From NCBI GenBank assembly GCA_963762145.1, contig CAVXJS010000014.1, positions 288,001-352,000 on the forward strand: a stretch of DNA of 64,000 nucleotides, read 5' to 3'. Below the pieces are notes generated by a model. That model made no database searches. It was not told where the DNA came from and worked only from the letters and a program-made list of their open reading frames with translations. Both the position numbers and the translations under genes were made by a program. Source of the stretch: an uncultured Candidatus Rokubacteria bacterium. Its GTDB lineage: Bacteria; Methylomirabilota; Methylomirabilia; Rokubacteriales; CSP1-6. Below are positions 47,839 through 57,583 of the stretch, piece by piece. Positions within the stretch are counted from its first letter, which is position 1. Each line of letters starts with the position of its first letter.

Positions 47839-47885
47839 GGTGGGGGGGGTTGGGGGAGGAGCGCCGCCGCTCCCCCCCAATAAGA
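47839..47885. repeat. G-rich palindromic repeat (family 2), intergenic copy
   Basis: GGTGGGGGGGGTTGGGGGAGGAGCGCCGCCGCTCCCCCCCAATAAGA. Confidence 0.7.
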
Positions 47886-47928
47886 TCAATGCCGTACCTG
47901 CGCGCGTCATGAACGCCCCGTTTGGCCT

Positions 47929-49092
47929 CTAGTGCCCGGACAAGGCGTCGACGATCTTCAGGCGGTTGGCGCGCAGCGCAGGGGGGAGGCCGATGCAGAG
48001 GGCGACGAGGGCCGCGATGACGGCTGCCAGGAGCCAGGTCTCGGGGCCGACGAAGAGCGGAGGGAAGCGGCCGCCGGTGGAGCCGTTGAGCGCGGGCATC
48101 GCGGCCACCGCCGCGCCCATGCCGATGCCGCCGCCCAGGATGAGCAGCAGCACCGCTTCCGCGATGACCAGCGCGGTCACCTTGCCGTCCGAGAAGCCGA
48201 GGGTTTTCAGAATCGCCAGCTCCGGGATTCGCTCGCGGATGGACTGGGCCATGGTGTTGCCGGTCAGGATCAGGATGGTGAAGAACACCGCGATCAGGAT
48301 GCGGGTGACGAGGGCGCCGATGTCGCCGATCTGCTTGGCGAAGCCCAGCGCGAACTCCTTCTCGGGCTGGGTCTTGGTCTCGTCCGGAGAGTTCGTGAAG
48401 AGGGTGTCGATGGTGGCCGAGATCGCCCGGGCCTGGGTCGAGTCGGCCACCCGCACGATGTACCAGCCGGTCTTGCCGCGGCCGATCTGGCGGGCCTCGT
48501 CGAAGTGGGCCACGTTGATCAGGACCATGTCGGTGTTGCCACGCACTGCCGGATCGTCGGCGTCGAGGATGCCGACCAGGTCGAACTCCCAGCTCATGCT
48601 GCCGTCGGCCTTCGCATGGATCTCCGAGCTGATCGGCAGCTTCTGCCCGACCTTCCAGCCGAAGCGGTCGGCGAGCCGCTTGCCCGCGATCGCGCCGGTG
48701 CGTGTCCGCGCGAAGGCCTCGCGCTGGGCGCGGTCGATGGTGAACTCCGGATACATGTCGAGGTAGCGCGCCGGGTCCACCGCGAAGACCGGGAACGCGT
48801 TGGACTCGTTCTGGTACTTGGCCCCGAACCAGTCCGCCGAGGCCACCCCCACCACGCCCGGCACCTGCTCGATCCGGCGCAGGTAGGACATGGGGAGCGG
48901 CTCGATGATGGAGTAGCGCGCGGTGGTGAGCAGCCGCTTGGCGTCGGCCGCGTCGGCGCCCGACTCGAACGCGACCTGGACCGCCTGCAGGAGACCGAAG
49001 AGCGCGAAGGCCACCACGATCGAGAGCAGCGTGAGGACGGTGCGGGTCTTCTTGCGGAAGAGCCCGGCCCAGAGCAGCGGAAGGTATCTCAC
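47929..49092 (-). CDS. MacB/FtsX-type ABC permease
   Basis: RKKTRTVLTLLSIVVAF, ERIPELAILKTLGF. Confidence 0.9.
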   Translation of the reverse strand: MRYLPLLWAGLFRKKTRTVLTLLSIVVAFALFGLLQAVQVAFESGADAADAKRLLTTARYSIIEPLPMSYLRRIEQVPGVVGVASADWFGAKYQNESNAFPVFAVDPARYLDMYPEFTIDRAQREAFARTRTGAIAGKRLADRFGWKVGQKLPISSEIHAKADGSMSWEFDLVGILDADDPAVRGNTDMVLINVAHFDEARQIGRGKTGWYIVRVADSTQARAISATIDTLFTNSPDETKTQPEKEFALGFAKQIGDIGALVTRILIAVFFTILILTGNTMAQSIRERIPELAILKTLGFSDGKVTALVIAEAVLLLILGGGIGMGAAVAAMPALNGSTGGRFPPLFVGPETWLLAAVIAALVALCIGLPPALRANRLKIVDALSGH

Positions 49093-49787
49093 GCGGACAC
49101 GGGCTCCGCGCTCATGGTCCCCTTGTCGAGGTGCACGCGTCGCCGCGCGTACTCGGCGGCCTTGGGATCGTGGGTGACCATCACCACCGTCTTGCCGTGC
49201 TCGCGGTTGAGCATCCGGATGAGGCGCAGCACCTCGTCGGCGGTGGCGCGGTCGAGATCGCCGGTCGGCTCGTCGCAGACCAGCAGGGTAGGATCGGAGA
49301 CGATGGCGCGGGCGATGGCGACACGCTGCTCCTGGCCCCCCGAGAGCTCGCGCGGCTTGTGCCGGGCGCGATCCTCGAGGCCGACGAGGGTCAGCGCGAT
49401 GCGCGCGCGGCGGTGGCGCTCCGACGCGGAGAGATCGGTCAGGAGCAGCGGCAGCTCCACGTTGCGCTGGGCCGAGAGCGCGGGGAGCAGGTTGTAGAAC
49501 TGGAAGACGAAGCCCACGTGGCCGGCCCGCCACGCGGCGAGCTCGCCGCCCGAGAGCCGGTCGATGCGCCGGTCGCCCACCGTGATGCTGCCGCCGGTCG
49601 GCGTGTCGAGCCCGCCGATTAGGTTCAGCAGCGTGGTCTTGCCCGAGCCCGACGGCCCCATGAGGGCCACGAAATCGCCGCTCGGGATGTCCAGATCGAT
49701 GCCGTGCAGGACCTCGATGCGCTCGCGGCCCCGCTTGTAGACCTTGGTGACTGCGCGGATCTCGACGAGGGTCTCCATCGCGATCAC
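49089..49787 (-). CDS. ABC ATP-binding protein (LolD/MacB-type)
   Basis: GPSGSGKTT, LSGGQEQR, DEPTGDLD. Confidence 0.93.
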   Translation of the reverse strand: MIAMETLVEIRAVTKVYKRGRERIEVLHGIDLDIPSGDFVALMGPSGSGKTTLLNLIGGLDTPTGGSITVGDRRIDRLSGGELAAWRAGHVGFVFQFYNLLPALSAQRNVELPLLLTDLSASERHRRARIALTLVGLEDRARHKPRELSGGQEQRVAIARAIVSDPTLLVCDEPTGDLDRATADEVLRLIRMLNREHGKTVVMVTHDPKAAEYARRRVHLDKGTMSAEPVSA

Positions 49788-51016
49788 TTGGCCTCGGCCG
49801 GAGTCACCGCCTGGCCGTCGGCGAGGGCGGGCGGCGGGGCGAGCACCACGCGCTCGCCGTCGCGCAGACCGCTCAGGACACGCCGCTGGCCCGAGACGTC
49901 GGGCCCGAGGGTCACGCTCCGGCGCTCGACCTTGCCGTCGCCGTTGTACACGAACACCACCCCCGCGTCGCCCTCGGCGCGCACCGCGTCCGCCGGCACC
50001 AGCACGCTGGGGGCGGGCGGCGGCGCACCGGCCGCGGGCTTGCCGTCGAGGAAGCCCACCCGTGCCCCCATGTCGGGCACGATGCGCTCGTCCTTCGCCT
50101 TGATCGCGATCCGGACCTTCACGGTGGCCTTGCTGCGGTCGGCGGTCGGGATGATCGCGATCACCTCGCCGGGGATCTTCCAGTCCGGATACGCGTTGAG
50201 CGTCGCCTCCACCGGCTGTCCTGGGGTCACGCGGTTGATGTAGGACTCGTTGACGTCCACCTGGATCTCGAGCGAGTCCATGTCCACGATGGTGCCGATG
50301 CCGGTCCGCGTGAAGCCGCCGCCCGCCGAGATCGGCGAGATCATCTCCCCCGGCTGGGCCGACTTGGCGACGACCACGCCGCTGAACGGCGCGCGGATCA
50401 CCGTGTTGTCGAGCTGCACCTGGGCCACCGACTGCGACTGCTGCGCCACCTTGACCTGCTCCTCGGTGGCGGCCAGGCGCGCCCGCAGCATGTCGCGCTG
50501 GGCCAGCGCGGCGTCGAGCGCCTGCGGGGCAATGAGCTTGCGGTCGGAGAGCTCCTGCTGGCGCGCGTGGTCCTGCTCGGCCTGGACGAGCTGGGCCCGG
50601 ACCTCCGCGAGCTGGGAGCGCGCGGCGACGAGCTGCGCCTGCGTCAGCCCGAGCTGCGCCTGTGCCTCGGTGTCGTCGAGGCGGGCGAGCACCGCGCCCT
50701 CGGGTACGCGCTGTCCCTCCTCGATCAGCACCTCGGTCACCTTGCCGGTGATCTTGGCTGAGACGGTGGCCTGGCGGCGAGCGGTGACGTAGCCGCTCGC
50801 GTCGAGGACCGAGCCGGCCCCGCCCCCCTGGCTGACCGCGCGCGCCACCGCGAGCTGCACCACCGGGGGCCGGGCGCGGAGGACGCCGAACCAGAGCCCG
50901 CCCCCCAGGAGGAGCACGGCGGCGACGAGGACGACGTACAGACGGGTGCGCCGGCGGGGCCGAGCGTCGGTCCCACGGTCGATACGCAACTGGCTGAGGA
51001 GGTCTGATTTCTCCAA
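49784..51016 (-). CDS. Efflux membrane-fusion (periplasmic adaptor) protein
   Basis: TM anchor, ASGYVTARRQATVS, biotinyl-like and coiled-coil regions, IRAPFSG; probable TTG start. Confidence 0.9.
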   Translation of the reverse strand: MEKSDLLSQLRIDRGTDARPRRRTRLYVVLVAAVLLLGGGLWFGVLRARPPVVQLAVARAVSQGGGAGSVLDASGYVTARRQATVSAKITGKVTEVLIEEGQRVPEGAVLARLDDTEAQAQLGLTQAQLVAARSQLAEVRAQLVQAEQDHARQQELSDRKLIAPQALDAALAQRDMLRARLAATEEQVKVAQQSQSVAQVQLDNTVIRAPFSGVVVAKSAQPGEMISPISAGGGFTRTGIGTIVDMDSLEIQVDVNESYINRVTPGQPVEATLNAYPDWKIPGEVIAIIPTADRSKATVKVRIAIKAKDERIVPDMGARVGFLDGKPAAGAPPPAPSVLVPADAVRAEGDAGVVFVYNGDGKVERRSVTLGPDVSGQRRVLSGLRDGERVVLAPPPALADGQAVTPAEAK

Positions 51017-51064
51017 GACGTCCCAGTGTGCCACAGCCGGGCCCGGTGTTAGAATCGGTCCCCC

Positions 51065-51439
51065 ATGGAGCTGGCCGCGAAGCGCTTCGCCGACACCGTC
51101 GCGGTCTTTCCCACGGGACGGATCGATCACGCGAGCGCGGACGCCTTCAAGGCCGCGCTGGCGCCGTACCTGGCCCGCGTCGCATCCGGGCTCGATCGCG
51201 CGGTGATCGACCTGGCCGGCGTGGAGTACATCAGCAGCGTCGGGCTCCGCGTGCTCATGCTCGCGAGCAAGCAAGCCAAGGCCCAGGGCGGGGCTCTCGC
51301 GGTGACGGGTCTGCAGCCGGTGGTGCGCGAGATCTTCGAGATCAGCCGCTTCAACCTGGTCCTGGAGGTCTTTCCCACCCTGCGGGACGCCCTGGCCAAG
51401 CTCTCGCCCGCCGCGCTGGCCGCCTTCGAGTCGGCCTGA
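51065..51439 (+). CDS. STAS-domain anti-anti-sigma factor
   Basis: GRID...IDLAGVEYISSVGLRVL with the phosphoacceptor Ser. Confidence 0.92.
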   Translation: MELAAKRFADTVAVFPTGRIDHASADAFKAALAPYLARVASGLDRAVIDLAGVEYISSVGLRVLMLASKQAKAQGGALAVTGLQPVVREIFEISRFNLVLEVFPTLRDALAKLSPAALAAFESA

Positions 51440-51446
51440 GGGCCGC

Positions 51447-52403
51447 GTGCGCATCCGGTTCTGGGGCACGCGCGGCTCGATCCCGGTCGCGATGACCTCC
51501 GCGGAGGTGCAGCGCAAGCTCGTCACCGCGCTGGTGGCCGCGGCCGGTCGCGGGCTCGACACCGCGGGCAAGGCGCGCGCCTTCGTCGAGACCGAGCTCG
51601 ACTTCTCGGTCTCCCACACCTTCGGGGGCAACTCCTCCTGCGTGCAGATCGAGCCGGACGGCTCCGACTACGTCCTCTGCGATCTGGGGAGCGGCGCGCG
51701 GGCCTTCGGCAACTCGCTCCTCGCCACGCGCGGGCCCTCCGGGCACCGGTTCCACGTCTTCATGTCCCACCTCCACTGGGACCACATCATGGGCTTCCCG
51801 TTCTTCATGCCCGCGTACCTGCCGGGCAATCACGTGACGATCTACGGCTGCCACGACACCCTGGAGGAGGCATTCCGCCGCCAGAATGCCGCGCCGTCAT
51901 TCCCGGTGGATTTCTCTCGGATGGAAGCGCGCATCGAGTTCGTGCGCCTCGAGCCCGAGCGCAACTACGACGTCGCGGGTCTCCGCGTGCGGGCGAAGCG
52001 CCAGCACCACGGCGGCGATTCCTACGGCTACCGCATCGAGCAGCGCGGCAAGGTGGTCGTCTACTCCACCGACTCCGAGCACAAGCAGGACGATCCGGTG
52101 GAGATGGCCGCGTTCGTGGAGTTCTTCCGTGACGCCGACCTGGTGATCTTCGACGCCCAGTACTCGCTCGCGGACGCCATCTCGGTCAAGGAGGACTGGG
52201 GGCACTCGAGCAACGTGGTGGGCGTGGAGATGTGCCAGCTCGCGCGCGCCCGCCGTCTCTGCCTCTATCACCACGAGCCGATCTTCGACGACGAGCGGAT
52301 CGCGCGGCTGCTGGCCGAGACGCGCCGGCTCGAGGAGATCACGCGGACCGACCACCGCGTGGAGGTCTGGGCCGCCTACGACGGCCTGGAGATCGCGCTC
52401 TGA
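51447..52403 (+). CDS. MBL-fold metallo-hydrolase (possible phosphodiesterase)
   Basis: FWGTRGSIP, GGNSSC, SHLHWDHIMG, WGHS, YHHEP. Confidence 0.9.
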   Translation: MRIRFWGTRGSIPVAMTSAEVQRKLVTALVAAAGRGLDTAGKARAFVETELDFSVSHTFGGNSSCVQIEPDGSDYVLCDLGSGARAFGNSLLATRGPSGHRFHVFMSHLHWDHIMGFPFFMPAYLPGNHVTIYGCHDTLEEAFRRQNAAPSFPVDFSRMEARIEFVRLEPERNYDVAGLRVRAKRQHHGGDSYGYRIEQRGKVVVYSTDSEHKQDDPVEMAAFVEFFRDADLVIFDAQYSLADAISVKEDWGHSSNVVGVEMCQLARARRLCLYHHEPIFDDERIARLLAETRRLEEITRTDHRVEVWAAYDGLEIAL

Positions 52404-52413
52404 GGAGAGCGGC

Positions 52414-54594
52414 CTGAGCAGCGACCCGCCCGACCTTCGGCGCGCGACGGATTCATCGCACTGGGCGGAGCGGCGGTGGGCCCGCGCGCTCCTGGGCGGG
52501 CGGGGCCGGCCGGCCGGCGCGCTGCTCCTGGCCGCGCTCCTGCTCGCGGTGCTGCTGCCCGAGCAGGCGGGTCTCCGCTTGCTGCGCGCGGCCGCCTTCG
52601 ACACCTACCAGAGCTTCTACCCGCGAGTTCCGCGCACGGCCCCGGTGGTCATCGTCGCCATCGACGAGGAAAGCCTGCGCCAGTATGGGCAGTGGCCGTG
52701 GCCCCGAACCTGGCTGGCGCGAATCGTGGGAGTGGTCGCGGCCGCGCGGCCGGCCGCCATCGGCCTGGCCATCCTCATGCCGGAGCCCGACCGCCTCTCG
52801 CCGGCCCGGCTGCCCGATATGGTCGCCGGGATGGACGCCGATACCGCGCAGCGGCTCTCCCGGTTGCGCGGCAACGACACGGTCCTGGCCGAGGCGATTC
52901 GCGGGCGACCGGTGGTGCTCGGCATCGCCGGCCTCGAGGGCCGCCCGCCGGAGGCGACGACCGAGGTCCGTCACGCGCCGGTCCGCTCGATCGGCGGCGA
53001 TCCCGCGCCCTTCCTCCGTCGCTTCGAGGCCGCGCTGCACAGCGTGGACGAGATCGACCGCGCCGCGGCCGGCCACGGCCTGACCAGCGTGGATCTGGAG
53101 CGTGGGGTGGTGCGGCGGGTTCCCCTGCTGGCCAATGTGGCCGGCAGCCTGGTTCCGTCTCTCGGTCTCGAGATGCTCCGGGTGGGGGAAGGCGGGTCGC
53201 CGGTCTCGGTGCGTGTCTCGGCCGCGGGCATCGAGACGGTGGCGGTGGGCGCCTTCGTTGCTCCCAGCGACCCGGATGGCAGCGCGTGGATCCACTATAC
53301 GCGGCACGATCCCGATCGCTTCGTGTCGGCGGCCGACGTGCTCGCGGCCCAGGCGGATCCGAGCCTCTTCCAGGGCCGCCTGGTGCTGATCGGCGTGACC
53401 GCGCTCGGGTTGTCGGATCATCTGGCGACGCCGGTGGGTGAGCACATGTCGGGAGTGGAGGTCCACGCCCAGTTTCTCGAGAACGTCGTGGAGGGATCGC
53501 TGCTCTCGCGTCCCCGGCTCGTCCGGTGGATCGAGATCGGCTGGCTGCTGGCCGGCGGGCTGCTCCTCATCGTGCTGGTGCCGCGGCTGTCCGCCCGCGC
53601 GTCGGTGGGGCTCCTCGCCGTCCTGGTCGCGGCGATGGCGGGGCTCGGGCTCCTGTTCTATCTGAAGATGGGCGTCCTCCTGGATGCGGCCACCCCTTCG
53701 GTGGCGCTCGCCATCCTGTTCGCCATGATGCTCGTGGCCACTCTCACCGAGACTCAGACACAGCGGCGCGCCCTGCGCCGCCAGGTGGAGCTGCAGCGTG
53801 AGGCGGCCGCGCGGCTGGCGGGCGAGCTGGAGGCCGCGCGCCGCATCCAGATGGGCACGCTCCCGGCCCCCGCGGCCGCCTTTCCGGGGGAGACGCGCTT
53901 CGAGCTCTTCGCGATGCTGGAGCCCGCGCGTGAGGTAGGCGGCGATCTCTACGACTTCTTCCTTCTAGATGGCGATCATCTCTTCTTCATGATCGGCGAC
54001 GTCTCGGGCAAGGGTCTGCCCGGCAGCCTCTTCATGGCGATCAGCAAGGCGCTCTACAAGAGCACCGCGCTGCGTCGGCACGGCCAGGTGGCGGCCATGA
54101 TGCGCGAGGCCAACGCGGAGATCTCGCGCGACAATACGGAAGATTACTTCGTGACGGTCCTGGCCGGCATCCTGGACGCCCGCACCGGCGCGCTCGAGTA
54201 CTGCCGCGCGGGCCACGAGCCGCCGCTGCTGCTGCCGCACGGCGCCCGCGCGCTCCTGAGCCTGGACGAGGGCGGGGGCCCGCCGCTCTGCTCGGTGGAC
54301 GGGTATGCCTACGAGCCGGCCACCCGCCGGCTCGAGCCCGGTGACACGCTGTGCCTGTTCACCGACGGGATCACGGAGGCGGCAGGCCCCGATGGGCAGC
54401 TCTACGGGCGGGCGCGGCTCCACGCGCTGCTGGGCCGCCTGGGCCGGGCGGCGACCGCAGCCGGGGTGGGCGAGGCGATTCGCCGCGACCTCGCCGCCTT
54501 CACCGGCGGCGCCGAGCCCTACGACGACATGGCGGTCCTGATCATCCGCTACACCGGCACTCTCCCTCTCCCCCATGGGGAGAGGGCAGGGTGA
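52414..54594 (+). CDS. CHASE2 sensor + SpoIIE/PP2C Ser phosphatase
   Basis: VVIVAIDEESL...GQWPWPR, GVEVHAQ, 3 TM; EVGGDLYD, IGDVSGKG, FTDGITE, DDMAV; in-frame CTG start after GAGGAG (next start GTG 52549). Confidence 0.9.
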   Translation: MSSDPPDLRRATDSSHWAERRWARALLGGRGRPAGALLLAALLLAVLLPEQAGLRLLRAAAFDTYQSFYPRVPRTAPVVIVAIDEESLRQYGQWPWPRTWLARIVGVVAAARPAAIGLAILMPEPDRLSPARLPDMVAGMDADTAQRLSRLRGNDTVLAEAIRGRPVVLGIAGLEGRPPEATTEVRHAPVRSIGGDPAPFLRRFEAALHSVDEIDRAAAGHGLTSVDLERGVVRRVPLLANVAGSLVPSLGLEMLRVGEGGSPVSVRVSAAGIETVAVGAFVAPSDPDGSAWIHYTRHDPDRFVSAADVLAAQADPSLFQGRLVLIGVTALGLSDHLATPVGEHMSGVEVHAQFLENVVEGSLLSRPRLVRWIEIGWLLAGGLLLIVLVPRLSARASVGLLAVLVAAMAGLGLLFYLKMGVLLDAATPSVALAILFAMMLVATLTETQTQRRALRRQVELQREAAARLAGELEAARRIQMGTLPAPAAAFPGETRFELFAMLEPAREVGGDLYDFFLLDGDHLFFMIGDVSGKGLPGSLFMAISKALYKSTALRRHGQVAAMMREANAEISRDNTEDYFVTVLAGILDARTGALEYCRAGHEPPLLLPHGARALLSLDEGGGPPLCSVDGYAYEPATRRLEPGDTLCLFTDGITEAAGPDGQLYGRARLHALLGRLGRAATAAGVGEAIRRDLAAFTGGAEPYDDMAVLIIRYTGTLPLPHGERAG

Positions 54595-54629
54595 GGGGCG
54601 GCAGGGTGAGGGGCAGCAGGGTGAGGGGC
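54564..54629. repeat. BoxC-like palindrome with a triplicated GCAGGGTGAGGGG arm
   Basis: CCCTCTCCCCCATGGGGAGAGG followed by three GCAGGGTGAGGGGC units. Confidence 0.8.
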
Positions 54630-54633
54630 GGCC

Positions 54634-55233
54634 CTACCGGACGATGATCTCGACGCGCCGGTTCCGCGGCTCCGGCACCTCGTCTGCGGTGGGCACCAGC
54701 GGCTCGCGCTCCCCGCGCCCCGCCACTCGAATGCGGTCGGCCGCGATGCCGACCTTCCCGAGCTCGTCGCGCACCCGCTCGGCGCGCCGGAGCGAGAGCG
54801 TGTCGTTGTAGGGCACCGCACCGACCCGGTCGGTGTGGCCGATGACGAGGATCTCCGGCGCAGGCCGCCGGGCGATCTCGTCCACGATGCGGCTGAGGAG
54901 CAGCCGGGAGTCCGGGGTCAGCTCGTCCCGGGCCTCGAGGAAGTAGAGGACGAAGGAGGTCGGCCGCGGCGGCTGCGCGTCCAGGGCGGCGCCGAAGGCC
55001 TTGCGGGTCTCCTGCTCAGTTGTCGAGCCTGCCGTCACGCGGCCCGGCTCCGTCACGCGCGCGGAGGCATAGGGCTGGTCGAGGACGGTCTGCTGCCCGC
55101 CGCTCTCCACGCCGAGCGCGCCGGTCTTGCCGTCCTTGTCCGGCACGAGCACGTAGAGATCGTCGCGCATGGGCTTGGCGCAGCCCACCAGGAGGAGCAC
55201 CGCGAGCACCAGGAGAGCGACCCGGCTGGCCAT
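54634..55233 (-). CDS. OmpA-family peptidoglycan-binding lipoprotein
   Basis: Lipobox LVGC; IGHTDRVG...NDTLSLRRA; NRRVEI. Confidence 0.9.
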   Translation of the reverse strand: MASRVALLVLAVLLLVGCAKPMRDDLYVLVPDKDGKTGALGVESGGQQTVLDQPYASARVTEPGRVTAGSTTEQETRKAFGAALDAQPPRPTSFVLYFLEARDELTPDSRLLLSRIVDEIARRPAPEILVIGHTDRVGAVPYNDTLSLRRAERVRDELGKVGIAADRIRVAGRGEREPLVPTADEVPEPRNRRVEIIVR

Positions 55234-55265
55234 CGTCAACAGAGCGATGAAGGGGGCGCCGCGCG

Positions 55266-55718
55266 TCAGTTCTTCGGGTCGCCGGTGCGGACGAGGAACT
55301 CGGTGCCGCGCACGCCCAGCACCGCCGCGGGTGTCTTCACCTTCATGGCGTCCGGGGATTGCTTGGCGAGCTTGCCGGACACGACGGCGAGCGTGCCCTT
55401 CTGCAGCGAGCTCTCGAAGGAGCCCTGGTGCGTGGTCGAGTCGAACGCGAATCGATCGATCGCCAGCACGCTGTTGGGCCCGGCGGACAGCAGGCTGTTG
55501 TCGAGGAAGGTGATCCCCACCGAGCCATCGGCTCCGGTCACCACCACGTCTCCGGCCTGAACCATCGCGCCCAGCGTGGCCGGTATCTTCTGCCCGCCGC
55601 GCTCGATCTGCACCGAGCCCTTGGCCACCTTGACGTGCCCGGCCTCCTGCGCCAGCGCCGGCGCCGCCCCGAGCGCCGCCGCCATCACCACGACCAGCGA
55701 GAGAGTCATGCGATTCAT
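55266..55718 (-). CDS. Secreted FecR-domain protein
   Basis: Signal peptide; GDVVVTGADG, FLDNSLL, VKTPAAVLGVRGTEF. Confidence 0.88.
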   Translation of the reverse strand: MNRMTLSLVVVMAAALGAAPALAQEAGHVKVAKGSVQIERGGQKIPATLGAMVQAGDVVVTGADGSVGITFLDNSLLSAGPNSVLAIDRFAFDSTTHQGSFESSLQKGTLAVVSGKLAKQSPDAMKVKTPAAVLGVRGTEFLVRTGDPKN

Positions 55719-55876
55719 ACCGTCTCCTTCGACTACGCGGGATCGAGCGCCCGGCCGCATCCGGCCGAGAGCGCCTCATCATAGCGCAAAGCGTCGAGCC
55801 CGTCGGCGGGGAAGTCCCGGGCGGTCTCCCGCGCGGGCTGTGTAAGATTGGACCCGCAGCCGAGGAGGAAACGCGC

Positions 55877-56242
55877 GTGAACGAGGTGTACCCTGAGCTT
55901 CTGTTTTCCTACGGCACGCTGCAGCTCGAGGCGGTGCAGATGGCGACGTTCGGTCGGCGAATGGCGGGTACCCCCGATGCCTTGCTCAGGTTCGAGGCGG
56001 TGCCGCTCGAGATCGAGGACGAAGCGGTCATCGGGATCAGCGGAAAGGCGCAGCACACCATGGCCACATTCACCGGGCGCGCCTCCGACGTCATATCCGG
56101 GGCGGTATTCGCGGTCACGCCGGACGAGCTTCGGCATGCCGACACGTACGAGGTGGCGGCGGTCAAGCGCGTGGCCGTCGTTCTCCGATCGGGAGTGCGT
56201 GCGTGGGCCTACGTCGATGCCCGATATCAACCTGACAGGTGA
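55877..56242 (+). CDS. Gamma-glutamylcyclotransferase (AIG2-like) family protein
   Basis: LFSYGTLQ, ADTYE, AWAYV. Confidence 0.85.
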   Translation: MNEVYPELLFSYGTLQLEAVQMATFGRRMAGTPDALLRFEAVPLEIEDEAVIGISGKAQHTMATFTGRASDVISGAVFAVTPDELRHADTYEVAAVKRVAVVLRSGVRAWAYVDARYQPDR

Positions 56243-56254
56243 GGAGGGGCGCGC

Positions 56255-56533
56255 ATGTGCCGAAACATCAAGACGTTGCACAACTTCACGCCGCCGGCCA
56301 CGGACGAGGAGATCCGCGCGTCGTCCCTGCAGTTCGTCCGGAAGCTGAGCGGCTTCTCGAAGCCGTCCCGGGCCAACGAGCCCGCGTTCAACCGGGCGGT
56401 GGACGAGGTGACGCGGGCGGCCCGGGCTCTGATCGATGCGCTCGTCACCAACGCGCCGCCTCGCGATCGCGAGGCGGAGGCGGCGAAGGCTCGCGCGAAG
56501 GGGGCGGCCCGCTTCCGCGTGGGCGGAGCCTGA
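56255..56533 (+). CDS. DUF2277 family protein
   Basis: MCRNIKTLHNF.PPATDEEIRASSLQFVRK. Confidence 0.9.
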   Translation: MCRNIKTLHNFTPPATDEEIRASSLQFVRKLSGFSKPSRANEPAFNRAVDEVTRAARALIDALVTNAPPRDREAEAAKARAKGAARFRVGGA

Positions 56534-56633
56534 GCGGTGTTCGCCCGGCCTGTCGATCCGGAGATGACTCGATCGACTAGCTGGTGAGGGCGGTGCGGTC
56601 CGGCCGAAAATGACCCTCGAAGGGAGGACTGCC

Positions 56634-57134
56634 ATGCCGGTCAGCCAGAGAATCACCCCCTGTCTGTGGTTCGACGATCAGGCCGAGGAAGCGGTGGCGT
56701 TCTATACCGGAATCTTCAAGAGCTCGAAGATCGTGGCGGTGTCCCGGTACGGGGAAGCCGGCAAGGAGATCCACGGAAGGCCGGCGGGATCCGTGATGAC
56801 CGTCGCCTTCGAGCTGGATGGACAGACGTTCACCGCGCTCAACGGCGGGCCGGTCTTCAAGTTCAACGAGGCCCTTTCGCTCCAGGTCAATTGCGAGACG
56901 CAAGCCGAGGTCGACCACTTCTGGACGAAGCTGTCCGCGGGCGGGGATCCGGGCGCCCAGCAGTGCGGCTGGCTCAAGGATCGGTACGGCGTCTCCTGGC
57001 AGATCGTCCCGCGCGTGCTGGTCGAGCTGCTCATGGATCCCGATGCGGCGAAATCTCAGCGAGTCATGACCGCGATGCTGCGGATGAAGAAGATCGACAT
57101 CGCGGAGCTCAAGCGGGCTCACGCCGGTGAGTGA
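56634..57134 (+). CDS. VOC family protein (PhnB/3-dmu-9_3-mt-like)
   Basis: ITPCLWFDDQAEEA, ALNGGP, CGWLKDRYGVSWQI. Confidence 0.92.
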   Translation: MPVSQRITPCLWFDDQAEEAVAFYTGIFKSSKIVAVSRYGEAGKEIHGRPAGSVMTVAFELDGQTFTALNGGPVFKFNEALSLQVNCETQAEVDHFWTKLSAGGDPGAQQCGWLKDRYGVSWQIVPRVLVELLMDPDAAKSQRVMTAMLRMKKIDIAELKRAHAGE

Positions 57135-57369
57135 CGAGAACGGAGAGCGGCTCCCGACCAACTTCTGGGATGAATCCTTCCGCCTGCAGGTGGACGGGAT
57201 CCCGAGCGTGCCGGTCGGCAATCTCAACAAGCTGGTTCCGGCCCAGAGCGCGGCAGAGGGTGTGGTCGAGTTCGTCATCCCCGCGGCGGCGCAGGCGGTC
57301 GTACTCGTGCGGCAGGCGGACGAATCGACCGAGGTTGCCGTGGACCTCTCGGGCAAGCCGCGTGGGTGA
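57127..57369 (+). CDS. Short beta-rich ORF, possibly a truncated Ig-like domain remnant
   Basis: NFWDESFRLQVDG...EGVVEFVIP; no signal peptide. Confidence 0.35.
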   Translation: MSDENGERLPTNFWDESFRLQVDGIPSVPVGNLNKLVPAQSAAEGVVEFVIPAAAQAVVLVRQADESTEVAVDLSGKPRG

Positions 57370-57574
57370 CGTCACAGTCACCACCTTCGGCGTCCTGGCC
57401 CTGCTCGGGTTCGTGCTCGCCGGGGTCGGGGCCGTTCGCGGCGCACGCGTCCCCCTCGTGGCCGGCGCCGGGCTCCTGCTGGCCCTCGCGGGCGCGTGGG
57501 TGGTTGGCCTGCCCGGCGTCGCGCTGGGCCTGGTCGCGCTCGTCTTCCGGAGGCGCCGGCCCTCCGGCGCCTGA
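57362..57574 (+). CDS. Small hydrophobic membrane protein
   Basis: FGVLALLGFVLAGVG...LVALVFRRRR. Confidence 0.5.
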   Translation: MGDVTVTTFGVLALLGFVLAGVGAVRGARVPLVAGAGLLLALAGAWVVGLPGVALGLVALVFRRRRPSGA

Positions 57575-57583
57575 CCTCTCCGC

